NCBI RefSeq assembly: GCF_022045235.1
Contig: NW_027266319.1
Span: forward strand, 40,486,001 to 40,550,000
Source of the DNA: Haliotis cracherodii
Lineage: Eukaryota
DNA: 64,000 nucleotides
Reading direction: 5' to 3'
The notes beneath the pieces were generated by a model. It made no database searches. It worked only from the letters and a program-made list of their open reading frames with translations, and was not told where the DNA came from. Made by a program: the position numbers and the translations under genes. Shown piece by piece: positions 39,335 to 51,760 of this stretch. Position 1 is the stretch's first letter; each line of letters starts with the position of its first letter.

Positions 39335-41328
39335 ACGTGATGGGAGCCTCTATTACATGGATCACTACAGAATGACGTGAGATGGGAGCCTCTATTACAC
39401 GGATCACTACAGAGTGACGTGAGATGGGAGCCTCTATTACACGGATCACTACAGAATAACGTGAGATGTAAATAACTGAGTCCGCACCAGACAAACCAGT
39501 GATTGATATTAGAGCTACGATCCACATCGTCAAGGGTTACGATGACACGCAATCAACCAACTCACCGAGCCGGACAACCAATAAGTAACCCTGCGCAACA
39601 AGCACCTGGGACGTGATGGGAGCCTCTATTTCACGGATCACTACAGAATGACGTGAGATGGGAGCCTCTATTTCACGGATCAATACAGAGTGACGTGAGA
39701 TGGGAGGTTCTATACACGGATCACTACAGAGTAACGTGAGATGGGAGCCTCTATTACACGGATCACTACAGAATGACGTGAGATGGGAGCCTCTTTTACA
39801 CGGATCACTACAGAATGACGTGAGATGGGAACCTCTTTTACACGGATCACTAAAGAATGACGTGAGATGGGAGCCTCTATTACACAGATCACTACAGAAT
39901 GACGTGAGATGGGAACCTCTTTTACACGGATCACTACAGAATGCATGAGATCGGAGCCTCTATTACACGGATCACTACAGAGTGACGAGAGATGGGAGCC
40001 TCTATTACACTGATCACTACAGAATAACGTGAGATGGGAGTCTCTTTTACACGGATCACTACAGAATGACGTCAGATGGGAGCCTCTTTTACACGGATCA
40101 CTACAGAATGACGTGAGATGTGAGCCTCTATTACACTGATCACTACAGAATAACGTGAGATGGGAGTCTCTTTTACACGGATCACTACAGAATGACGCTA
40201 GATTGGAGGCTCTATTACACGGATAACTACAGAATGACGTGAGATGGGAGCCTCTATTACACGGATCACTACAGAGTGACGTTAGATTGGAGGCTCTATT
40301 ACACGGATCACTACAGAGTGACGTGAGATGGGAGCCTCTTTTACACGGATCACAACAGAATAACGTGAGATGGGAGCCTCTTTTACACGGATCACTACAG
40401 AGTGACGTGAGATGGGAGGCTCTATTACACGGATCACTACAGAATGAAGTGAGATGGGAGCCTCTATTACACAGATCACTACAGAGTGATGGGAGATGGG
40501 AGGCTTTATACACGGATCACTACAGAATGCATGAGATGGGAGCCTCTATTACACGGATCACTATAGAGTGACGTGAGATGGGAGTCTCTATTACACGGAT
40601 CACAACAGAATGACGAGAGATGGGAGGCTCTATTACACGGAATACTACAGAATGACGTGAGATGGGAGTCTCTATTACACGGATCACTACAGAGTGATGG
40701 AAGATGGGAGGCTCTATACACGGATCACTACAGAGTGCATGAGATGGGAGCCTCTATTACACGGATCACTATAGAGTGACGTGAGATGGGAGCCTCTATT
40801 TCACGGATCACTACAGAATGACGAGAGATGGAAGCCTCTATTACACGGATCACTACAAAATGACGTGACATGGGAGCCTCTATTACACTGATCACTACAG
40901 AATGCATGAGATGGGAGCCTCTATTACACGGATAACTACAGAATGACGTGAGATGGGAGCCTCTATTACACGGATCACTACAGAATGACGAGAGATTGGA
41001 GGCTCTATTACACGGATCACTACAGAGTGACATGAGATGCGAGCCTTTATTACACGGATCACTACAGAATGACATGAGATGGGAGGCTCTATTACACGGA
41101 TCACTACAGAATGACGTCAGATGGGATCCTCTATTACACGGATCACTACAGAGTGATGTGAGATGGGAGGCTCTATACACGGATCACTACAGAATGACGT
41201 GAGATGGGAGCCTCTATTACACGGATCACTACAGAGTGACGTGAGATGGGAGGCTCTATTACACGGATCACTACAGAATGATGTGAGATGGGAGCCTTTA
41301 TTACACGGATCACTACAGAATGACGTGA
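39335..41328. repeat. 42-bp minisatellite, ~45 units
   Basis: gatgggagcctctattacacggatcactacagaatgacgtga. Interrupted once by a duplicated repeat fragment (39467-39612). Confidence 0.95.
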
Positions 41329-43059
41329 ACTTATTCATCCAATCTCACTAGCTTTTGATTGACGTTAGATGTAAAAAAGACGCTAGTAAATGTAATGTGT
41401 TTTCAACAAGTGATGAAATATTTATCATAAAAGGTAAAATGATTCAGAACACACTATGAATAAACTAGTTGGACCTGCAAACAATTATTTAATTCAAAAA
41501 TCGTAGAGTGATTATTGGACGTCGCTGCATATGCCGTACACACACACTATTACATTTCTCAAACGCCACCGCAACGCTCGCTCGTCTGAAGGAAGTACTG
41601 TCAATCGAAAAGCTGATTGAAAAAAGCCATTTGTAGGATCGGCGATAACACCACACGATCTACTCATGAATGAAGCAACTGGTTCATACAGGTGAATAAA
41701 ACCTATGAAATCCTGATGGCACATTGTTGCGTTGTCGCCTTGTCGCCCTTACAAAAACAAACAAAAAGGGTTCAACATTAGCCAATGCGACAACGTGACA
41801 TTTTGGCCATTTGGCTCAATGTCACGCGACAACACGACAATGTTCCTTCAAGGGTTCCATAGAAAACACATTTCTCTATACGCTTTGAGAAACTCTATTT
41901 TTATTAGGCGCAAGATTGTATACACTGACTATGTTCCACTTCAGGGACTATGTCAAAAGCGACAAACTACCCTTAAGAGCGTAACGAGAGAACCCTTTAA
42001 CCATATGGTTAACCCATCATTCTTAATTTCCTTCTTCTTTTCACAAAATTACGTAGCCGCAGATTTCTTTTTACAAACTGTTGCAGGAATGAGTGATGGG
42101 TAGATAGACATAATCAAATTTAACAACATTTTTTTTCAAATTTCAAGTACATAATAAAACTCGGTATACTTTCTTTTTCACTGATTTTATTATTGACAGG
42201 GTTTCGCTGGAAACGGCGTAACAAGCGGACACTTTGGTTAACCCGCCATTTTTAATTTCCTTCTGATGGGAATTACACCAAAAAAGTGGGTAATTTTAAT
42301 TTACTATTTTGTAGGTGATGTGCCCTTTTGTACATTAAAAACTTTTACACACGCCTCACCTTTAACTCGAATGTATGGTGGGCCGACTTCATTCCGTGTG
42401 TTGTAGCACTGGCCTGAGGTTTGTACAAGCCCTGACCGATGCGTGTTTGTCTTTATAAAAGTGCACAAATAATGACACTAGTGCAGACAGTCAGTGACAT
42501 GAGATACGTTTGGTACACGTAGACATCGTGTGAACAGGATAATGATCCCTTTAAATTCCAACACGCCCAGTTTCTATGAAAGACCAATGAAACATCACGA
42601 AACTCAGTTTGAGATAAGGTCAGAACACTGACATCCGTGCGCGTTCACGCGTTGAAAGTCTCTCTTTAAGGGCTATTCATTTGACTACAGCCACTGAAAA
42701 GTCAGACACCAATCTGTCTATGCCCACAATTGTCTGGTAAAACCTATTCATGCGTTTTAAAATTTGTTAGCCGATTCATATGTTCTTCTCCAAGTGAAGA
42801 CGTTTGAAGACGTAGCCATATTGTGGGGACCTGTATGTTAGGTTGTTAGCTATGGCTATGGCTTTCATATGGATTGCGAGCCTATTACCGGATAGCGAGC
42901 AAGTCTTGTTTTCACCTTTTGGTCAGCATGCAGTGGTATCACGATCCGTCAGTTCATGTGGGAGGAATGCCCCCAAAATACAAAGGCTAGCAGATCAACT
43001 GTCATAATCGTGGCAAATCTTAGATTTAAACCAGTGATCAGCGGATCCTGGTAACCGAG

Positions 43060-43460
43060 AGATAACTACGCGCAGCGAACCACATCTCCATGACGTCATA
43101 CTTATAGATGGTCATGATGACATCCCATGAAACAATAGTTACGACGCTCTGAAACAATGACGTCATGACGTGAACTATGACGTGTCGGTGCTCATCTAAT
43201 CGAACTTAACTGACAGAAACATGTCATTCAAGTAGATGAACGAAAGGGCGTTTGTAAGAAGTGTCAACAAGGTAAGTGTATGTCAACAGGAATCCTTCAG
43301 ATGCACAAGTAGCTAACTTCACAGGATAACACACCTACAACCAGTGTTCAAACAATACTGGATTCGCACACAACTGTGCCATTGGGAAATGTGTATTGAG
43401 AACGTGGCTGCAGGAAGGAAGCTCGGCTCCAGAAAGCTCCATTCTGTCACCCGGTAAGTG
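43060..43460 (+). promoter_or_regulatory. Candidate promoter and non-coding first exon(s) of the B genes
   Basis: TGACGTCA at 43091 and 43158, TGACGTG at 43166 and 43178. Strong donors AAG|GTAAGT (43272) and CG|GTAAGT (43454), kept in unit 2 at 55993 and 56403. No transcript evidence. Confidence 0.35.
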
Positions 43461-44199
43461 TATTTTCTACTTACAGATAATTGTACATTGGGGGGATGTG
43501 ATCATTATTAGGCTGATTTGATCTGAAGATATATTTTTTTTCACAAAATTCGAACTGATATGTTTCATTTGAATCGGTGACTGTATTGGTTAAATTGTGA
43601 AATCGTGTTGATAGAGACTTCTACAAGAATTATATTTTGAAAAATTAGGTAAATCTTGACACAATGATTTAATTATTTTTCAGTAACTCAAACAAAATAT
43701 GATACAAATTATACCTTACACTTATATTTTGATTTCCAAATTATGCATCTAGTCACTTTAGCCTGTCATTCGGTAGCGTGTTACTACAACATGTCTCCTA
43801 AAATAAAGTTTAAAATGAAAACCGTTAAACATGATGGAAACATTTTCATATGGAAACTTAACGCGACATGGAACACACCCTTGTAGAACAGACCCAAGTA
43901 TGGGCTTCACACAGTCTGTCCGGGTGTGTCCAACTGGCCAGGTTAACATGCTAAACTATCTAAGCAATGCTATGTGAAACAAACTGTGATGGGCGTGTTT
44001 CAAAACGTCGATGTTTTTCTCAAGCAGAAAAATCATTGATTTTTGTGCAGTCCAAATGCACCGTTTGGTGACAGCTAGTTGTCTATAAATATTCCATGTT
44101 CAGGTCATGTTGTGTGGAAATATTTGTCGAGGGACATCAACAACTGAAATGAAAAATATGGATACTTAGTGTTGCATATGTGTAGTGTAGTGTGTGGGG

Positions 44200-44905
44200 G
44201 GAAGTGTTGAATCTGGGTGGTTAAGTGTTGTATCTGGGTGGTGTACTGTTGTATCTGGGTGGAGTAGTGTTGTATCTGGGTGGTGTAGTGTTGTATCTGG
44301 GTGGTGTAGTGTTGTATCTGGGTAGTATCGTGTTGTATCTGGGTGGTGTAGTGTTGTATCTGGGTAGTATTGTGTTGTATCTGGGTGGTGAAGTGTTGTA
44401 TCTGGGTAGTATTGTATCTGGGTGGAGTAGTGTTGTACCTGGGTGGTGTAGTGTTCTATCTGTGTGGTGTAGTGTTGTATCTAGGTGGTGTGGTGTTGTA
44501 TCTGGGTGGTGCAGTGCTGTATCTGGGTATAGTTGTCTATAAATATTCCATGTTCAATCATGTTGTGTGGAAATATTTGCCGAGGGACATCAACAACTGA
44601 AATAAAAATATGGATACATAGTGTTGCATATGTGTAGTGTAGTGTGTGGGGGGAAGTGTTGTATCTGGGTGGAGTAGTGTTGTATCTGGGTGGTGTAGTG
44701 TTGTATCTGGGTGGTGTAGTGTTGTATCTGGGTGGAGTAGTGTTGTATCTGGGTAGAGTAGTGTTGTATCTGGGTGGTGTAGTGTTGTATCTGGGTGGTG
44801 TAGTGTTGTATCTGTGTGGAGTAGTGTTGTATCTGGGTGGTGTAATGTTGTATCTGGTTGGCGTAGTGTTGTGCCTTGATGGTGTTGTGTTGTATTTGGG
44901 TTGGG
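44200..44905. repeat. 21-bp minisatellite, unit 1 version (two blocks)
   Basis: gtgttgtatctgggtggtgta. The spacer 44077-44200 is repeated at 44530-44655. Confidence 0.92.
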
Positions 44906-45468
44906 GTTGAGTAGTGTTGTGACTGAGTATTGTGGCGTTGTAGCTGGGTAGTATAGTGTCCTACCTGGGTATCCCAATGTTATATCTGCGTAGTGTAGTG
45001 TTGAATATTAGTTGCGTCATGGTGTTTCTGAATACAGGTTCAAATACTTAGAGGGCGACACAGGGTAAATATACATCCAAATACTTAGAAGACGATAAAG
45101 AGTAAATATACATTCATTTTGTATGACGACACAGGGTAAATACACACTCATATACATGAATGACGACACAGGATAAATATAAATTCATATACACAGAGGG
45201 CGACAGTGGGTAAATATTAATTGATGTATATAGAGGATAAATATGCATTCATTGAAGTAGATGACGACTAAGGGTAAATATACATTAATATACATAAGAT
45301 GGATACAGCTTAGGGAATTAAATATCCACATACACAGATGACGACAATGGGTAAATATATATCCATATACCTAGATGCCGACATTGGGTAAATATATATT
45401 CATATACATAGATGACGACAATGGGTAAGTATATATTCATATACATAGTTGACGACAATTGGTAAATA

Positions 45469-46689
45469 TAGTGAACAGCAAAAGAAATGTCACCATGAAC
45501 AGATATATGAGAAACCTTATTGGTCCAAACACTGTAAACATACTTTGAGACATATTAAAAAGATGAAACTTGGCAAAACTGATGATCAAGGATGAAATTA
45601 AAGTGTCAAATGTTCTTTAAGTGAAACACGACACTAGTCTCTGAGAAAATGGCATCACAAGTCAGTATTTCGTGTGTCCGCCATGTGCATTGATGCCTGC
45701 CTTGCAATGTCGATACATGGAATGGATGAGGCGGTTGATGAAGCCCATAGGCACTTAAGCCAACACTCCGTGGAACGCCTGACGCAGTTCAGCTGCAGTT
45801 GTCGGCCTTGGTCGGACGTCATTCAGCCGTCTTTGAATCTCGTCCCACAGGTGCTCAATTAGGAGATAAACATACTGTGTTTTCAATGTAGAGCTAGGTT
45901 ACCTGGTGGTGTTCAGAATGGGTCCTCGGTGTGGCCTGTGACAGTGGAGGTGTCTGTTCATCAATCATCGACGCACGGTGTCCGCACTAATGTGTCGCTG
46001 GTGTGTCCCCATGGTCTGTCGAGCAGTTTCCGCAGCAGTAACAAAGCGATCTTGAAGATGCTGTCGCACAATCTGACGATCCTGACGTCGGGTGGTGACC
46101 CTTGGTCTTCCACTACGTGGTCGGTCATCTATAGTGTCGGTGGTCTGGTACCGCTGCTGGAACCTGTACATGGTCCTTACATGGACTTGAGTTCGATTCC
46201 CGACACGGGTACATTGTGTGAAGCCCATGTCTGGTGTCCCCCGCCGTGATATTGCTGGAATATTGCTAAAAGCGGCGTAAAACCATAATCACTCACTCAC
46301 TTACATGGACTTGAAATTCATTGGCTACTTGCCGGCTGGTTTGTCCAGCTTGCAATCGTCCAAGGGCTTGGTGTCGCTGATTTCTTGTCAATCTTGGCAA
46401 TGTGAGTAGCAATGCAATCACGAATGAATGTCATCCGATCTGGGTGGATTTTTATCGGGCAAGAACGCATGAGCATTTCAATTTGCACGGAACTCACGTG
46501 CATCGGGTTACCATGGCCGTTGCCGTGATGCATTTGGACGATCGGTTTTATTGTCATCTGCTTTGGGTTTTTTATCATCAAATTTCATTTTTCCGGACAA
46601 GGTAATGTTAAATTTGAGAAACTTTGACAAAAATTACCCAGATATTTAAATGACAACTTTTCATACAATGTTTCTTTTGCGGTTCAGTA
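45469..46689 (-). mobile_element. Tc1/mariner family X copy, internally deleted, inserted in the 37-bp minisatellite
   Basis: Same termini as the 20982 element. DRPRSGRPRVTTRRQDR motif in ORF 45965-46228. Carries a SINE insertion. Confidence 0.9.
46191..46299 (+). mobile_element. 5'-truncated family 1 SINE inside the Tc1 element
   Basis: TSD cttacatggacttga at 46176-46190 and 46300-46314. Confidence 0.92.
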
Positions 46690-47311
46690 TAGATATATTC
46701 ATATACATAGATGACGACAATGGGTAAATATGTATTCATATACATAGATGACGACAATGGGTCAGTATATATCCATATACATAGATGACGACGATGGGTA
46801 AGAATATATCCATATACATTGATGACGACAATGGGTAAATATACAATCATATACATAGAGGGTAACACAGGATGAATGTACATTAAGATACATAAAGGAC
46901 GATACAGCTAGGGTAAATATACATTCATATACATAGAGGATAACACAGGATGAATATACATTAAGATGCATAAAGGACGATACAGCTAGGGTAAATATAC
47001 ATTCATATACGTTGAGGATAACACGGGATGAATATACATTAAGATGCATAAAGGACGACACAGCTAGGGTAAATTTACATTCATATACGTCCTCATATAC
47101 GTAGAGGAGGACACAGGGTAAATATATCTTCATTTACAAAGAGGATGACATAGAGCAGTCATAACTTCATTTACATAGAGGACGACACATCGTAAATTAA
47201 GATTCATATACATAGGGGACGGCACACAGTAAATATTCATTTATCAACATAGAGGACGACAATCTTAAATATATGCAAACCCTAATGCATAAATTCATTT
47301 ACAAAAATATA

Positions 47312-48750
47312 CACCCTTCAAAAAAAGAAACGCACAGGTAATATGTAGTTCATTGAACCTGACAACACAAAAATTCCGGTATATAAATTGGATATACACT
47401 CTTTAAAAAAAGGAACGCACAGGTAGACTTTTAGTAATTTTATTGTAATAAATAAAGTCGATATATTGAATTTAATATCATAGATACAAATATTAAATTT
47501 TGGACCTCAATAGTCACATGTTGTCGTTGTACAAAGGCATTGAAAACTGTTCATTGTCATGTGACATGAGGCCACGGCTCTGCATCTCATCGGCACTGAC
47601 TGGATAAGTGTACGACTTCTGTCCTGCGGAATTCTGCGCCATTCTGCTTCTAACGCGATGGCCAGTTGTGGGAGTGTCTGCGGCGTTTTATGACGTTGAC
47701 GCACACGTCGATCTAGTTCATCCCAGAGGCAAGCCGTTGATGTTGGCATTATGCAGGTAGTCTACTGTGACACGAGTTGTGTGCGGTGAAGCGTTGTCCT
47801 GTTGAAACAGCTCCCCCTGGCGGTCAATGATTGGAAGAAGGTGAGGTTGAAGAATTTGATTCATGTAGCGATTTGCTGTCAAATTTCCCTGAACCCCAAC
47901 CAAGTCAGATCTCCTGGTGTTGGATATGGCCCCCCACACCATGACACTACCGCCACCGAAATTGTCGAATTCAGGTACACAATGTGGGGCAAAACACTCA
48001 TTTCGACGACAATAAACATGTTAAAGAAGAAATCGAGATTAATCGCTAAACCACACCCATCTCCATTTTGTCAAATTCCAAGGCTGCAAGCATCGCTGCC
48101 GATAGATCTGCTGCAAAACAGGGACGATAACTGGTCTTCTGGGTCGGATTCCAGCCCGCGAAGATGGTTCCTGACAGCCATGTCCGATATCCTCCTGGAA
48201 CCAGGAATGCGTCCTGCAGTCTGTAGCTGTGGCATTGCGATGACGTTGGTGGAGCAATCGAAAGTAGCGATCCTGTGCAGGCTTGGAAACTCTTGGTCGG
48301 CCAGTTCTCTGACGGTCTGCAGTGGAAATGAACTGTGTGTATCGGTCCCAAATGGTGCTGTGGTGGACTTTGAAGTGGCGTGCAACAGAAAACTGCGATT
48401 CCCTCTTTGGATACGTCCTGTGGCGATGTTCCGATCGGCAGCGCTGAGTCTTGGCATGTTCGAACTTGAAAAATGTTGACACTTGAATGACAAATTATTG
48501 GCTTATGCTTGCCTTTTTATAGTCACTACCACGAGTTACGAATGCCATAACTTGCACGTGCATTTTGCTTTACTGTTTTCCTCCATGACATTTTTGAACA
48601 AGTGTGAAGACAATGCCGTTTAAGAAACTGCAAATCGACAATGGCTGCGTTGTGACGCACCGTTTGTCGAATATCAGGCCATCCACATTTTCCAATAACA
48701 TATATCCAATTTATATACCGGATTTTGTGTGCGGTATGTTTTGAAGAGTG
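47312..48750 (-). mobile_element. Tc1/mariner family Y copy with a compound left end
   Basis: TIR-like ends at 47312, 47397 and 48750. Transposase motifs MPRLSAADRNIATGR, VWFSD, MVWGAIS and FQQDNASPH. Confidence 0.9.
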
Positions 48751-48902
48751 TACATAAACATCCGATCTATATCAGATTGTATCTATAATTGTGTTTCTTC
48801 AGATGGAATCCTTTTTGGATTGAGGTCCGTGAGCACCCCGAAGACTTGAAGACTTAAAGACGTACTCAACTCATAGGACTTGACATGACCAGAAACTGAA
48901 CA

Positions 48903-50233
48903 ATGCCTGTTCTCAAAATTCGTGTCTTGAAGCAATGTGCATTTATACTGGTACTTGTGCTGTTCGTATATATTTGGTATCAATCTCAGACAGACTGGAT
49001 TTATAAATCGGGTAGAGATATTCCTTCTAAAGGTACACGGAGTAAATTGGAAATCAGGGTCCATAAAACTCTCGTTGTTAATAATCATGAAGTATCAAAG
49101 ATCACAACACATCCTACAAAGAAAAGAGGACATGGTCAATACATAGAAGTGCCTAAGTTCAGTGGCCGTCACGTCAGGAAAGGGATTCAGTCTTATCAAC
49201 CCTATATGATGAAAATGAACAAACCTTTCGATGGAAGAAGATCTGAACGGCCCTTGATGAACAATATAAGTGATAGAGAGAGGGCGATAGTCAGGCAAGA
49301 TAATGAAACCCAGAAAACGAAAGCAAAGAATTCATTAAACAAGGTTTCCCCTCAAAAGGTAGAACAAAGACAAATACACCCCAAAGAGGTTAAACAAATT
49401 CTTGCAAATGTCCAAAACTGGTTTCATGTAAGGCATGAATCCGAAAAAGATGCATTACTTAACAGACATGAATTTGTATATCATCTGAACTCAAAGGTTT
49501 GCAATGGTGACATTAACATATTGATATTCGTACACTCAGCTCCTAATAGCATTGAGAAAAGGAATGATATACGTGACACGTGGGGATCTGTACAGAGGCA
49601 CGGAAATGTATCCATTGCTACTGTGTTTATGTGTGGAGAGACACCAGACCGTGCCCTACAAGAACAACTAATCAGAGAATCTGGTACATATGGTGACATA
49701 GTTCAAGGCAACTTACTGGACACGTGATGTCTCTTTGCTGGATCACGTCACAATGCCATGACGTTAGAACTGTTGTCAAGGTTGATGACGATGTTCTCAT
49801 CAATATTTTCAAGCTGGTCAGTTATTCTGTTCAGATTGGTCACTACCATAATAATCTTTACTGTTCCGCCTTTCGGAGAGCAAAACCGATGAGGAATACT
49901 AGCGATAAATGGTACACCCCTGAAGAACAGTACCCATTTGAGTTATACCCTCCTTACTGCGAGGGTCTGGCCTACATAACGTCTGTGGATGAAGTTAAAG
50001 CGTTGTGTAAAGCGTCTGAAGACACGAAATTCTATTGGGTGGATGATACTTTCGTCACTGGTATTCTTGCGCAGAAAGCAGGATTGTCACTCAGTTCCTT
50101 TAAGAGACATCACGAGTATGTGAAAAATGGGCGAGTTCATCATACTTCATTTCAGTCTGTGTTGTTTTTTCTAGAGTATAAGAACTGGACTTCTTTATGG
50201 CAAAAAGTGGTGAAAATAAAGAACATGTTTTAA
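48903..50233 (+). pseudogene. GT31 beta-1,3-galactosyltransferase-like copy B1, frameshifted
   Basis: Colinear with B2 but lacks 25 nt (tcgtacagaaatctgacttacaaac; motif SYRNLTYK) at ~49721. This splits it into ORFs 48903-49727 and 49727-50233. Confidence 0.85.
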
Positions 50234-50689
50234 TTCCCTGTTGATTATTGATCAAGGAGACGTTCTTGAATGAGCAGCTTGAATGAGTCGTCATCAAACA
50301 CAAGCGAAAAGAATGTTTTTAGATTATTTGATAGTATCCTTGCAATCTAACACAGGCCCAGCCTAATGCGCAGCAGTTAATGCATTTTAATGTGCTACAT
50401 CCAATGCATCCAATGCACCCCAATGTGCTACGGTTAATGTGTTTTAATGTGGCAGTCAATGATCTTATACCAGAGGTGGGTCATAGACCGTTCCCTGAGA
50501 ATACCACAGTGTAACGCGGTCATAAGCCCTGTGAAGATACGTCAGTGCACTAGGCTTATATTGACATACCGACAAGTCCTATGCCATGTATTGACATATC
50601 AACAGGGTACATCATGTCCTGTGCTATAGATTGACTTGGCGCCTCGTGTTGTGTGCTTAATCTTCACAGATGCCTCGTGTCCTATGCCA

Positions 50690-50905
50690 TATGTTGACAC
50701 ATCGACATGAGACATGGTTACAAAGTCATATATTGACACATCGACAAAAGACATGGTTTGCTAAGTCATATATTGACACATCGACATGATACATGGTTTG
50801 CTAAGTCATATATTGACACATCGACATGATACATGGTTTGCTAAGTCATATATTGACACATCGACATGATACATGGTTTGCTATGCCACATATTAACACA
50901 TTGAC
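50690..50905. repeat. 40-bp minisatellite downstream of B1
   Basis: ctaagtcatatattgacacatcgacatgatacatggtttg. Confidence 0.9.
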
Positions 50906-50939
50906 AGAGTACCTCGTGTGCTTTGTAATACATTGACAA

Positions 50940-51760
50940 GACACTCCCCCTGTTTTGTATCCAATTATCTGATACAAGGATCAGATTACTCCCCCTGTTC
51001 TGTAACCGATTCTTGAGTATCAGGCTCAAACTACCCCCCCCCCCCCCCCCCCCCCCCATTCTACATCTTATTCTTTAATATCAGGCTCAAACTACTCCCC
51101 CTATTCTATATCCAAATCTTTTATATGAGGCTCAGACTACTCCCCCTGTTCTGTAACCGATTCTTGAGTATCAGGCTCAAACTACCCCCCCCCCCCCCCC
51201 CCCCCCCATTCTACATCTTATTCTTTAATATCAGGCTCAAACTACTCCCCCTATTCTATATCCAAATTTTTGATATCAGGCTCAGACTACTCCCCCTGTT
51301 CTACATAAAATTCTTACGTCTCGGGCTTAATCTACTCGCCCTATTCTACATCCGATTCTTTATATCAGGCTCAAACTAATCCCCCTGTTCTATAACCGAT
51401 CCTTGAGTATCAGGCTCAAACACCCCCCCACCCCCCACCCCCCACCCCCACCCCCCTGTTCTACATCCGATTCTTTAACATCAGGTTCAAACTACTCCCT
51501 CTATTCTATATCCAAATCTTTGATATCAGGTTCAAACTACTCCCCCTATCCTATATCCGATTCTTTAGTATCAGGCTCAAACTATTCCCCCAATTCTGTA
51601 TCCGATTCTTGAGTATTAGGCTCATATTACTTCCCCTATTCTATATCCGATTCTTGAGTATCAGGCTCAAACTACTCCCTCTGTTCTACATCCGAGTCTT
51701 GAGTATCAGGCTCAAACTACTCCCCCTATTCTAGATCCAATTTTTTAACATATGAGGCTC
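50940..51760. repeat. ~45-bp minisatellite with poly(C) expansions
   Basis: tatcaggctcaaactactccccctattctatatccgattcttgag. C runs at ~51034-51057, 51185-51207 and 51423-51456. Confidence 0.9.

Larger units (their letters stand above)
45045..47275. repeat. ~37-bp degenerate minisatellite interrupted by a Tc1 element
   Basis: gatgacgacaatgggtaaatatatattcatatacata. A shorter version lies at 59205-59565. Confidence 0.85.

Noticed and set aside
39700-41351. Cys-rich and other repetitive ORFs in the 42-bp array
   Set aside because: They are translations of the tandem repeat and break frame wherever units have indels.
50215-50220. AATAAA inside the last codons of B1 and B2
   Set aside because: It is explained by Lys-Ile-Lys codons, and there is no evidence it is used as a poly(A) signal.
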